From Mantamonas sphyraenae STR306 (Eukaryota > Protista > CRuMs): 64,000 nucleotides of DNA. The notes beneath the pieces were generated by a model. That model saw nothing but the letters and a program-made list of their open reading frames with translations. It was not told the DNA's origin and made no database searches. Location of the stretch: contig JAPMXV010000015.1 in the NCBI GenBank assembly GCA_026936335.1, forward strand, positions 1 through 64,000. Direction: 5' to 3'. Each line of letters starts with the position of its first letter. Position 1 is the stretch's first letter. Positions 45,301 to 55,952 of this stretch are shown here, piece after piece. Both the position numbers and the translations under genes were made by a program.

Positions 45301-48300
45301 CGTGTGTCGGCACAGAGTGCAGCGATGGAGTCGCAAGAAGGGGAGCGCGAGGATGTGCGCATGGAAGCGTTGTCGCTTGAGGAAGAAGTGATTGTGCTGC
45401 GGGGACGCGTTGCGGAGCTGGAAGGAGCAGCGGCGGAAGCGGCGACAGAGGCGATGGCGCGGGAGGAACGAGAGCGAGCAAGTGCTGTGGCGATGGCGAA
45501 GCTTGAAGAAGAGATGGCACGGGGACAGAGTGAAGCGACGGAAGAGTCTGAGGGGATGAGGAACATGTTGACGCTGGAGGAGGAAGTGGAGCGTCTGCGA
45601 GAGCAAGTGCGGGAGACAGAGCGGGTTGAGGAGGAGATGGTGGAGGCAGTGCAAGGACGAGAGGCAGCTGTGGACCGTGCGGAAGAAGCAGAGCGTGAAC
45701 GGAACGAGATGGAAGGAGTTGTGCGTGAGCTGCGTGAGCAGATGCAAGGAAGCGTGAGCCGGGCGGAGTACGAGAGCGTGTGTGGACAACTGGAGGAAGC
45801 GGTGCGACGCCTGCAGGGAGTCGGAAGGGTGGACGTGAGCGAGGCAGACGAGGAACGGGCGGAAGCAGCTGGACACGCAGCAGAGCTTGCCGAGATGCAG
45901 GAGCGAACGGCGGAAGAGGTTGCTGGAGTGCGAGAGGAGACGAGCACACGTGTGGCTGAGGCAGAAGCAGCTGCGAGTGCGTCTGCTGTTGCGGCCGAAG
46001 AAGAACGAGCTCGAGCGGAACGCGCGGAAGAGGCGCTGGCGAAGGCCGAAGAGGCAGCAGCTGGACAAGCGAAGCGTGTTGAGGAACTGGAGGAAGAAGT
46101 GGCAGCACTGGAGGAGGCCATGGGTGAACGAGAATTGGCCGTCGAATCCGACCAGCTTGAATCACGCGATCGGGTCCAGATTTTGATGACAGAATTGGAG
46201 GAAAGTCGCACCAAGATTTCCTTTCTGGAAGGTCGGGTTTCGGATATGGATGGGCTCGTTCAAACCATCCGTGAACAGTCGCAGTCACTGTTTGAGCTCA
46301 ACGAGCATTGGCTGGAAGCCCAGAAGTTGTTGAACATCAAAGAGAAGGAGCTGGACACACAGAAGGTGCTTTCGGAATCGCTAGATGCCAAGTTGTCTGA
46401 ACAACTCGCTGTTTCGAACACACGCGGTGATAAGATCATCGAGTTGGAGGCACTGTTGCATGGGTTCCAGGACCACTTGGACCGTTCTGGTCTCAGTGAT
46501 CTCGACGAGTTCGAAGCCCACATGCGAGAGCAAGAAGCCGAGTTGTTGAATCAGATAGCAGCCAGCGGGCAGGTTCAAGTAGAAGCTGAAGCTTTGAAGG
46601 AGGAGTTGAAGGCGATCCAATCTCAGCGTTTGGCCATGGAGAACGAGCTTGAGGATGCGAAACACAAGGTGGTTACGTTCGAAGAAGATCTCAATGAGCA
46701 TCGGGCTTCGATGGAGCAGGTGGAAGAGGAACGGGACATGCTGCGGCAGGCGCTGGAGGCGTCGGAGAAGGAGAAGGAAGCGCTGGAGCTGCGTGTGAAC
46801 GCATTGCGTGAGAATGTGCACGAGATGGAGAACAGTCGTGTGGACAAACAGACACACGTGAGTGCACAGGAGCGTCTGAACGAACGTATCGCGGAGCTTG
46901 AGCAGCAGGTTGCAGAGACGACCGAAGCGCTGGAGGTTGCACAGAGGCGTGTGAAGGAGATGGTGAACGTGTCGGAGTACGAGAGCGTACGCGAGCAGCT
47001 GGAGGAGGCAGTTCGCCGTCTGCAAGAAGGTGCCGAGAAGGGCAGCGAGGAGACGGAAGGGGAAACACAGGCGGGTGAAGCAGCGGCAGCAGACGCGGAC
47101 AGGGTGAAGGAGCTGGAAGAGGAGCTGAAGCAGATGCGTGAAAGGATGGATGCGCTGGAGGCTGGGGCTGGAGCGCTGGAGACGGAGATGGAGCAAGGGG
47201 AAGTTGAGGCAAGGGAACGAGAGGCCGCGCTGGAAGCGGAGATTGAGCGCCTGCGACGTGCGTCACCGTCTGGGGAGACTGAGCAGGAGGTGATGGAGTT
47301 GCGTGCAGCCGTCGCAGAGGCGGAAGCACGCATGAAGCTGCTGACTACGGAGCTCGAGGAGATGCGCTCGGCATCCGCAGAGACCGTTGTCGAAGCAGAC
47401 GTGGCAAGTGATGGTGAAGTGGAGGCGGCTGGGGACACATCGATGCTGGAGGCAGCGATGGAGCAGGCGGAAGAGGAGCGGGACATGCTGCGGCAGGCGC
47501 TGGAGGCGTCGGAGAAGGAGAAGGAAGCGCTGGAGCTGCGTGTGAACGCATTGCGTGAGAATGTGCAAGAGATGGAGAACAGTCGTGTGGACAAACAGAC
47601 ACACGTGAGTGCACAGGAGCGTCTGAACGAACGTATCGCGGAGCTTGAGCAGCAGGTTGCAGAGACGACCGAAGCGCTGGAGGTTGCACAGAGGCGTGTG
47701 AAGGAGATGGTGAACGTGTCGGAGTACGAGAGCGTACGCGAGCAGCTGGAGGAGGCAGTTCGCCGTCTGCAAGAAGGTGCCGAGAAGGGCAGCGAGGAGA
47801 CGGAAGGGGAAACACAGGCGGGTGAAGCAGCGGCAGACGCGGACAGGGTGAAGGAGCTGGAAGAGGAGCTGAAGCAGATGCGTGAAAGGATGGATGCGCT
47901 GGAGGCTGGGGCTGGAGCGCTGGAGACGGAGATGGAGCAAGGGGAAGTTGAGGCAAGGGAACGAGAAGCCGCGCTGGAAGCGGAGATTGAGCGCCTGCGA
48001 CGTGCGTCACCGTCTGGGGAGACTGAGCAGGAGGTGATGGAGTTGCGTGCAGCCGTCGCAGAGGCGGAAGCACGCATGAAGCTGCTGACTACGGAGCTCG
48101 AGGAGATGCGCTCGGCATCCGCAGAGACCGTTGTCGAAGCAGACGTGGCAAGTGATGGTGAAGTGGAGGCGGCTGGGGACACATCGATGCTGGAGGCAGC
48201 GATGGAGCAGGCGGAAGAGGAGCGGGGCATGCTGCGGCAGGCGCTGGAGGCGTCGGAGAAGGAGAAGGAAGCGCTGGAGCTGCGTGTGAACGCATTGCGT

Positions 48301-51300
48301 GAGAATGTGCACGAGATGGAGAACAGTCGTGTGGACAAACAGACACACGTGAGTGCACAGGAGCGTCTGAACGAACGTATCGCGGAGCTTGAGCAGCAGG
48401 TTGCAGAGACGACCGAAGCGCTGGAGGTTGCACAGAGGCGTGTGAAGGAGATGGTGAACGTGTCAGAGTACGAGAGCGTACGCGAGCAGCTGGAGGAGGC
48501 AGTTCGCCGTCTGCAAGAAGGTGCCGAGAAGGGCAGCGAGGAGACGGAAGGGGAAACACAGGCGGGTGAAGCAGCGGCAGACGCGGACAGGGTGAAGGAG
48601 CTGGAAGAGGAGCTGAAGCAGATGCGTGAAAGGATGGATGCGCTGGAGGCTGGGGCTGGAGCGCTGGAGACGGAGATGGAGCAAGGGGAAGTTGAGGCAA
48701 GGGAACGAGAGGCCGCGCTGGAAGCGGAGATCGAACGTCTGCGAGTGCTCGTACCTGAGGCCAGTGAAGGGGAGTATGACGAGGTCATCGCACATCAGGA
48801 GATGTACAAGAGAGAGCTGGAATTGGAAGTGTTCGAATTGCGACAAACGCTGGTGAATCAGGAAGCAGCCGCTGCCGAAGCGGCGGAACAACACGCTCTG
48901 GAAGTTGATAGCGAAAAGCTGCGCGTTGCTGAATTGCAAGCGCGCCTGGAAAGTGCAGAAGAGGTTGGAAGATCACAGGGAACACGCATGGGATTCCTGG
49001 AAGCCCGGATGTTGGAAGAGCAGATGGCAGCTGTGTCCCAACTGGACGCATTTGCAAAGCTGCTTGAACAGATGTCTCAGGCCTTGCACACCGAGAAGGA
49101 ACTGAAACGAGACGCCGAGGTTGAGCGGGATACGGCTGTGGCCCGAGTCAGGTTCGCGGAGGAGGAGCTGGAGTGGTTCAAAGAACATGGTCATGTCCGC
49201 GCCGTCTCAGCTTGGAAAGGCACGGATGGCACTGTGAGTAGCAACGCAGACGCCTTGAACAACAGCGCTGAATGCGTGCGATTGCTTGTGGTTGCTCTGG
49301 CCGCAAACCAGGAGGCTCTGGACGAAGCGCGTCGACAACTGGAAGAGGCTGATGGCAAGGTCAACGAGCTTACGGATCGCCTGGGAGCAATGAGCGCAGG
49401 TAGCGATGTCGTACACGAGGTACAGCGTGAACTGGAGGAGCAGGACCTGGCACTGAAGCAGTGGGAGGACGAATACGGCGTCCTGCAGTTGGAGTACGAA
49501 CAAGTTGTTCTTGCGTTGGATGCGCAGAAGCAGGATTGGGAGCAGAAGAGAAAGGAAGCGGAAGTGGCGTCGTCGGAGCTTCAGGAAACGCGGGGGGAGT
49601 TGGAAGCAGTATGGACGGAGTATGGTGAGCAGAGCCGGGCTCTGATTAAGACGCAAGAAGAGGGTCGTGTGATGGTGGAGACGATCAGCAATCTGCGTCT
49701 CGAGTCGGAACAGCACATGAGCAAACAGAGCGCACTTCAACAGGAGCGTGACGAATTGCAGCAGCTTGCGGACACACTGTGTGTGGACATGGCGGAGTAC
49801 ATGGAAGAAAACGAGCGGCTGCGTTCTGTGGAGCTGGCGCATCTGGAGCTGAAAGAAGTTGCAGAGGCCCGGCACGAGCAGCTTCTGGACATGTCTCGTG
49901 AGTTGGCGCTGTACAAATCGCAGTACGAGAGCACAAGCGGAGCAACGGGCGCGGCAATGGCCAACCTGAGCGACCAGCTGCACGAGGCAATGGTTGCGCT
50001 TTCGGACACGCGAGGCGAGCTTGTGACGCTGCAGCGGGCACACGAAAGGCTGAAAGCAGAGCTGGAACTGAAGAGGACGCGGCTGGGTGACGTGGAGATT
50101 GCGGCAAGCGTGTACAAACAGCAACTGGAGGTGTTGGCTCGGGAGAACGACGTGATGAGCCGAGGGGTGGAATCGTTCTCCGTAGACGGCATGCGGCAGC
50201 AAACGATGATGGAAGAGGTGCGCGCGCGGCTGGGTGAGCAACTCGAGCGAATGGCACGCGAGTTGCGGCAGGTGCACAGCGAAAATGTGCTACTGGAAGA
50301 CAAACTGGAGCGCATGCGCATCGATCTTGAAGAAACGCGTCGCGGAGAAATGACGGCGAGGTCGCAGCGGGACGAATTGGCCAAGGAGGTGGATGAGCAG
50401 CGTGCACAGGTTCAAGAACTGCTTGCACGCGTTGTGGAGCAGCGCACTCTGCAACAGCTGGTACAAGAGCTGGAAGAGTGGAAGCTGCGTCATTCAGAGG
50501 AGGTATCACGTCGCCAAGAGAGCGAAGCGGAGCTGTTGAAGCGCCGTCAGGACGCGGCGCGAGCGATGGAGATGTTGCGCGCGTGGAAGGAGCACACACA
50601 GATCACATCATCATGGGAGGGACGAATGGACGCGATGGAGAAGCAATTGGAGCATGCGCATAAGCAACTGGACGCGGTGCGTGCGTGCAAGCTGGGAGAG
50701 AAGAGTGGTGTGCTGGAAACGACGCAAAAGGAGCTGGCCAACGCCTTGGAAGTGCTGAAGCGGCAGCGACAGGTGGCAATGGACTACGCGCGGTCAGGAA
50801 GTGTGGTGAACGATCGCCGTCGCAGTGTGCGTGGCCAGGGAGTGGGTGCGCTGGACGTGCTTGTAGCAAGGGTTGATGAGCGCGATGAAGCGCGCGCGGC
50901 CGCTGTGGAGGCACTGGAGCGAGCAGGAGACATGCAACAGCTGGTCGAGTCGTACGAACAAGAGCTGGAAGCACTGAAGTACGAACTGGCTCGACGAGAG
51001 GAGCGGGAGATTGAGGACGCGCGGCGCCTCATGGAAAACTCTCAGCAACTGGACGAACAGGTGCAGGCGACGATCAGAGAGTACCGTGAGAGCAACGACG
51101 AGTATGCACGACAAGTTGAGGCTCTGGCGAAAGAGCTTGCGACAGCAAAGGAGGAGGTGCAATCGCTGAATGGCCAACTGCACGCGGAACAAATGCAGCT
51201 GCTTGAGGAAGAGAGCCGACGCATGGCGACCAAGGGGGCGTTGGACAAGAGCGAGCGCAAGTACAGCTTGCTGATGGAGCAGTACCAACAAGCACTGCAA

Positions 51301-53260
51301 AAGTTGGAAGACGAACGGCACACGAGCGGCGATGAGCGGCAGCGATTGGAAGAGGAGCTGGGACGCAGGGAGCGACAGGTCACGCATCTGACGGCCAAGG
51401 TCAGTCAGATGGAAGTGATGGTTGTTAACCGAGGGGTTGATGCCGAGACATTGGAGGCTCAGTCGAAGGAGTTGAAGCGCCTTCAGCGGGAGGTGAAGGA
51501 TCTGGAGGCGGAAGTGACACGGAAGGAAGGCGCAGTGCGTGCAGCGGAGCAGGAGGTGGCTGGACACAAGGAAGCGTTGCGTCTGAAGAAGCAGGAGATG
51601 GAAGTGAGCACACAGATGCTGCACAACGAAGAGGCACGCCGAGAAGAGGCGGAACTTCGCACGGAGAGCGTGCGTGGGCGACTGGAAAAATCGCTTGCGG
51701 ATGCAGAGGCGGCTCGCAAGGTTGCGCAAGAGAGGGAGCGGGAGCTGGAGGCAAGCGAAAGGCGTCGGGTGAATGAGGTGAGGACTAAGAATGAGGAGAT
51801 CAGAGAAGTGAAGCATAGGCTAGAGGAAGCGCTGGCGCGGGTGAGCGATGCCAAGGAGGAGGCGCGCAGAGCGGCTGCGGGAGGGAAGAACCACAGTGCA
51901 GAGCGAGAGGAAGAGAAACGTCAAGCGATGGAAGAGGCGCGCGGCCTGAAGCAGGAACTTGAGCGGGTGAAGGAGAAACACAGACGCCGAGTGGCGGATA
52001 TGGAGCAGACGTTGCGTGATGCAGAGGCACGCATGAGGGAGCTGGAAAGCAAGGTGGAGGAGGAAGAAGGAAAGGCGAAACGCGCACGTGCACGATTGAG
52101 GAAGTGCGTGTGGAGCTGTCGCTGACGCGCAGTCGAATGGCGGAGATGGAAGTGCGTGTGGAAGCAGCCGAAGCGGAAACGGGGAAGCAGAAGAATGAGA
52201 CGGAGGCGGCGTTGGAGCGGGTGCGAGAACTGGAGGGAGCGGCTCGGGACAACGACGCGAGTACGGGCAAACTGCAGAGGTTGCAGAGGGAGATTGCACG
52301 GCTGAAGCGCGAATTGGAATTGGAAAGAGAGCAGGCGGAAGGGGCGGCCGAGACCATTTCTGTGCTGGTTGAGTCGCTGGAGAAGCTGAAGCAGTTGGAG
52401 AATGACAACAAGCGGCAGGCAGCAAGCGCGCAGGAAGAGGTGCAGGAGATGAGGCAACGATTGGCGTCGACGGAGTTTAGGCTGCACAACAGCGAGGAGA
52501 AACTGCGTGCGAAGAGCGAAGAGGCAGAGAGGCTCCGTGAGCGCCTGAAAGAGGAGCAAGAGGACGAACGACGTGCAGCGGGGCGAGTGAAAGAGGCGTT
52601 GGAGCTGGAAAAGAGACGATTGGAAGAACGGGTGGAGCAGCTGATGCTGGAGCGCGAGCGTGTGCGTGTGGATGCCCAGGAGGAGCAGGTGCAAATGCTG
52701 GGCAAGTGGCAGGCGGAAATGGATGCACTGGAACAGCGGCACAGGGATGAGCTGCAGCGAATGGAAGTAGAACGAGCGGAAAAGGTGGCGGGAACGGCGG
52801 AGCAGACCGCGACGTTGCAGAGGCTGAAGAAGGAGCTTTCTCGAGCACAGCAGCAGACAAGGATGGAACGCGAAGGGCGGGAGGAGGAAATGCGGGAGAA
52901 GAAGCGTCTGCGCATGCAACTGGACGGGATGGAAGAAGAGAAACAGCTCGAACGGACGCGCATGGAGGCGCTGCGGCAAGAACGGGACGTGCTGGCGTCG
53001 CACACGGAGAAACTTGAAGAAAAGGTGCGACAGGCGCAGGCCATGGCGTCGTCTGGGGTGCAAGAGGAGATGGAAAGCCTGACGAAGGAGAACACGTCGC
53101 TGAAGCGCAAGGTGCAGATGTTGAGCAGCGAGGTGAGTGAACTGAAGATGATCGGGCGACTGTGGGACCCGGAGAACAGCAGCCGCAAGGCGAACGAGAG
53201 GCGCACAATGAGTCAAAGTTCGTACGGACAGAGGCGCATGCGCTTGGAAACAGGAGGGAC

Positions 53261-53295
<35 letters not shown>

Positions 53296-53624
53296 GGGCG
53301 GGAAGCAGCAGCGGCAGCAGGAGTGGAAATGGCGGTAGCAGCAGCATCAGTGGCAGCACGAGTCGAATCGGTCAACGTATGGATGCATGGAACCACCGCC
53401 ATGGGCAAGGTAGCCAGTCGACGGGAAGGAGCGGGACGGAGAGCTTGAGCAGCAGCAGCAGCAAGCGCAAATCGACGATCACAGACTCTGTACGCAAGGT
53501 GCTGGAACCGACAGAGTACAACGACTTGGAGCTCCAATTCCAGCAGCTGAGCAAGGAACTGACCAACATCCAGCGCGAAAACGCGCGAGCCGTGGCGGAA
53601 ATTGGGCGGGGACGTCGCAAGTGA
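27373..53624 (+). CDS. Giant Glu/Ala/Arg-rich coiled-coil protein (~8,700 aa), split in this assembly by several frameshifts
   Basis: Same-strand ORFs 27205-32496, 32279-33787, 33730-35121, 34938-38702, 38699-39754, 39751-41265, 41186-44326, 44253-44588, 44515-52125 and 52104-53624 hand over at small indels relative to sister repeat copies. Start taken at MSRSGNDQDD (27373). No globular domain was recognised. Confidence 0.8.
29250..35370 (+). repeat. Repeat family A in the giant CDS: ~2.06-2.19-kb units with a nested 126-bp (42-aa) sub-repeat and a 552-bp partial duplicate
   Basis: The same segment recurs at 29469, 30021, 32079 and 34266. ERVASLEKELAGERTRVEEMAKELVQEKEAVEDAQGERATAL is present in 2, 3 and ~2 (corrupted) copies. 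Confidence 0.92.
36280..46130 (+). repeat. Repeat family B in the giant CDS: ~7 tandem copies of a 1371-bp (457-aa) unit
   Basis: The same marker occurs at 36335, 38045, 39415, 40785, 42157, 43528 and 44901 (spacings 1710, 1370, 1370, 1372, 1371, 1373). Copies are nearly identical. Confidence 0.95.
46710..48740 (+). repeat. Repeat family C in the giant CDS: ~2.7 copies of a 744-bp (248-aa) unit
   Basis: MEQxEEERxMLRQALEASEKEKEALELRVNALRENV... appears three times. Offset is 744 (47196/47940; 47329/48073). Confidence 0.93.
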
Positions 53625-53742
53625 GCTGTGATGGAGAGGGAAAGAGACGGGGGAAAGTGCAGAGGGACACATGGAAAGTGAAGGATCATTTGTCGAAATG
53701 GTTTCTTGCGCACACGGAACCAGGGCTGGAAGGCAAACGCCG

Positions 53743-54434
53743 ATGTCGTCAAACTCGAGTTGGCCACCTCTGCGAACTATGGCGAAGGAGGAGCTGCCAA
53801 GCGTGCTGGACTTGATCAATGACAGCTATAGACCAGGTGGGGTTATGTTGGGCACCGTGTGTGAACGACACGGTGTGTGGGGGCGGTGTTCACGCGACTA
53901 ACCCTTTGTTTTCGGCGGATTGCGGGTGCAGACGACGCGTTCTTTGTGGTCGGGGAGCGCATGGACAAAGAGGAGCTGGGCAAGATGTACACCGAAGGGA
54001 CTTTCCACGTGTGCGACACACGGACAGCGGAGGAGCAAGTGGACACAGAGGGGGGAACTGTGGAGTCGGAAGACGCGGCGCAAGAGGAGGAAGGAGCCAT
54101 TGTTGGGGTGTGCTACACGAAACCAGACCGTGATTTCGGAAGCAAGATGGGCAACGAAGCGGAGAATACGCTGTACTTGGGTCTACTGGCAGTGAACGAC
54201 GCGTACAAACGGCAAGGGATTGCAACGCACCTTGTGGAGCAGGTACACACGATTGCAGAGGAGGGGGGACACGACGCAATAGGCATTTATGTGGTGACTG
54301 TGAAACCTTGGCTGCGCGAGTTTTACGAGGGCAAGGGTTTCAGTGTGCTGCAGGAAGTGGACTTCCCAGAGGAGGCCAAGGCGAGGTTGACGCGTCCGTG
54401 CGGCTTTTGGGTGATGCGCAAGCTGCTTCGATGA
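53743..54434 (+). CDS. GNAT-family N-acetyltransferase (~198 aa)
   Basis: Exon 1 is 53743-53836 (MSSNSSWPPLRTMAKEELPSVLDLINDSYRP). Intron 53837-53931 has a CTAAC branch site. Exon 2 carries the acetyl-CoA motif LAVNDAYKRQGIATHL and FYEGKGF. Confidence 0.9.
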
Positions 54435-54442
54435 GGCTCAGC

Positions 54443-54480
54443 AGAGAGAGAGAGAGAGAGAGGGAGAGAGGGAGAGAGGG
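54443..54480. repeat. (GA)n microsatellite between convergent genes
   Basis: gagagagaga... run in the short intergenic region. Confidence 0.8.
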
Positions 54481-54508
54481 AAGGGGGATAGTGAGGAGGA
54501 AGTGGAAA

Positions 54509-55873
54509 TCAGTGCTCCTCGTCGTCTTCGTCTTGGCGTTGCAGCGCCTCGGCACGCCGCAACAGGGAGACGTTCATCTCGCTCTGAGTGCGGGAACGCC
54601 AGTCACTGTCGTGGTCATCCTCGGTGACGGAAGCACGTCGTACCCTGCGACGCACATGGCCTCCATTGGGGGTGGACTCTGCGTGGCGGAGTGAGGAAAG
54701 GTCGAGCATGGTGTTTTGCTTGCCAAAGTTGCCTTGGCCATCGTGAGCCCTGTCTTCTGTGGCTGACGTGGGCGCATTGGAGGTTTGACCGCGGCCCGAG
54801 CGATATCCGTGCTCGAGAGCAAATTGAGCGTCGTGCAGGATGCCCATGAGGGAAACCTCGTCTTCGGCAAGCCCCAGGGCGTGAAATAAGTCATGATTGC
54901 GTCGAACAGTGGCCATCATCTGTTCGATGGCTGTAAACAGAGCAATCCGCCTCTGTTCCTGTTCCCGTGCTTCCCTGTCGCGTTGCGGAGCACCGCGCCA
55001 GCGCGTCCGTCGAGCCCCAGCGCCGCCCCGGTGCTCCCTGGGTCCCCATGCGTTCCAGTCGGACATCTCTTCCGACACTTCCGATGTGTACAATTCGTCA
55101 AGGTCGCTCAAGGCGCGTGTCTTTGAGTCGAGCAAGGAGCTGGGCCGCAGGGTGGAAAAAGGCAGCGGCTTGCGTCCCGGGTAGCTGTGACCACCACGCG
55201 AGCTCTTTTGCAGCGAAAACGCACCATTGGGATCGCCATTCTCCTCCTCCTCGTCCGCCGAGTCGTCGCCCCCCGTGGCCACGCGCAGCAGCCGCGTCCT
55301 TGAATTTTCCAGTGCCAGTTCCCGCCCCGAGCGAGCTCCAGTGGACACGCGCTGTTGGTCAGCTGTGGCACCTGTTGTGACTGCCGCGCCTGCTCTGTGC
55401 ACTCTTTGTTCTGGTTTGGACTGTGACGCCTGCCCGTGCGTCTCGTCGTGCAGCAGCGAGGACAGTTCGGCCACGCGTTGTTTCATGCGAGCAAAGGGCG
55501 TGTCTGCCGTTCGTCCGCTGCCGCCTCCGTGGCCGTTCCTCAATCCTGTGGCAGCTCGTCTTGTGGCAGAGACGCCCGGTGCCTCCGGAGCGCCGTTGTC
55601 TCTGGACGCACGCGAGGTCTGTGAGCCGCTGCGGCTACGTGAGACCTGTTCAAACGGCGCGGGGCCGCCTCGCAGATCGACCACCAGCTCGCCGGCACCA
55701 AAGACATGGCCCACCTCCTGCACAAGACGCCTCTTGTTGGCCCCAGGCATGGAGGGCACCGTATACACCAGTGCCAAGAGGTTCCCATAGTACAGAAACG
55801 CCAGGGCCACGGCGCCTCCCAGCACAGCCCCGGCGACAAAGACCTCTGCGCCGGACAAGGCAACGCCATCCAT
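54509..55873 (-). CDS. Hypothetical protein with N-terminal signal anchor/transmembrane segment and largely disordered C-terminus (~454 aa)
   Basis: MDGVALSGAEVFVAGAVLGGAVALAFLYYGNLLALVY is a hydrophobic stretch at the start of a long open frame. Start chosen downstream of the neighbouring stop at 55953. Confidence 0.65.
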   Translation of the reverse strand: MDGVALSGAEVFVAGAVLGGAVALAFLYYGNLLALVYTVPSMPGANKRRLVQEVGHVFGAGELVVDLRGGPAPFEQVSRSRSGSQTSRASRDNGAPEAPGVSATRRAATGLRNGHGGGSGRTADTPFARMKQRVAELSSLLHDETHGQASQSKPEQRVHRAGAAVTTGATADQQRVSTGARSGRELALENSRTRLLRVATGGDDSADEEEENGDPNGAFSLQKSSRGGHSYPGRKPLPFSTLRPSSLLDSKTRALSDLDELYTSEVSEEMSDWNAWGPREHRGGAGARRTRWRGAPQRDREAREQEQRRIALFTAIEQMMATVRRNHDLFHALGLAEDEVSLMGILHDAQFALEHGYRSGRGQTSNAPTSATEDRAHDGQGNFGKQNTMLDLSSLRHAESTPNGGHVRRRVRRASVTEDDHDSDWRSRTQSEMNVSLLRRAEALQRQDEDDEEH

Positions 55874-55952
55874 CTTGTGTCCTTTTTTTTGGGTTGTGCA
55901 TGGAAGAGCAACCATGGGAAAATCCATCAACGTATACGCATTGCATCCACAT

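Noticed and set aside
35888-48788. Very long minus-strand ORFs (e.g. 38475-46214, 2579 aa; 40831-44901)
   Set aside because: Ser/Pro/Leu-rich antisense shadows of the GAG/GCG-rich coding strand, propagated by the tandem repeats.
53263-53295. (AGC)n trinucleotide run as a separate element
   Set aside because: It simply encodes the poly-Ser tract near the C-terminus of the giant protein.
27373-53624. Naming the giant protein as myosin, kinesin, SMC or a golgin orthologue
   Set aside because: No motor, ATPase or GRIP domain was seen. Any similarity would be compositional coiled-coil noise.
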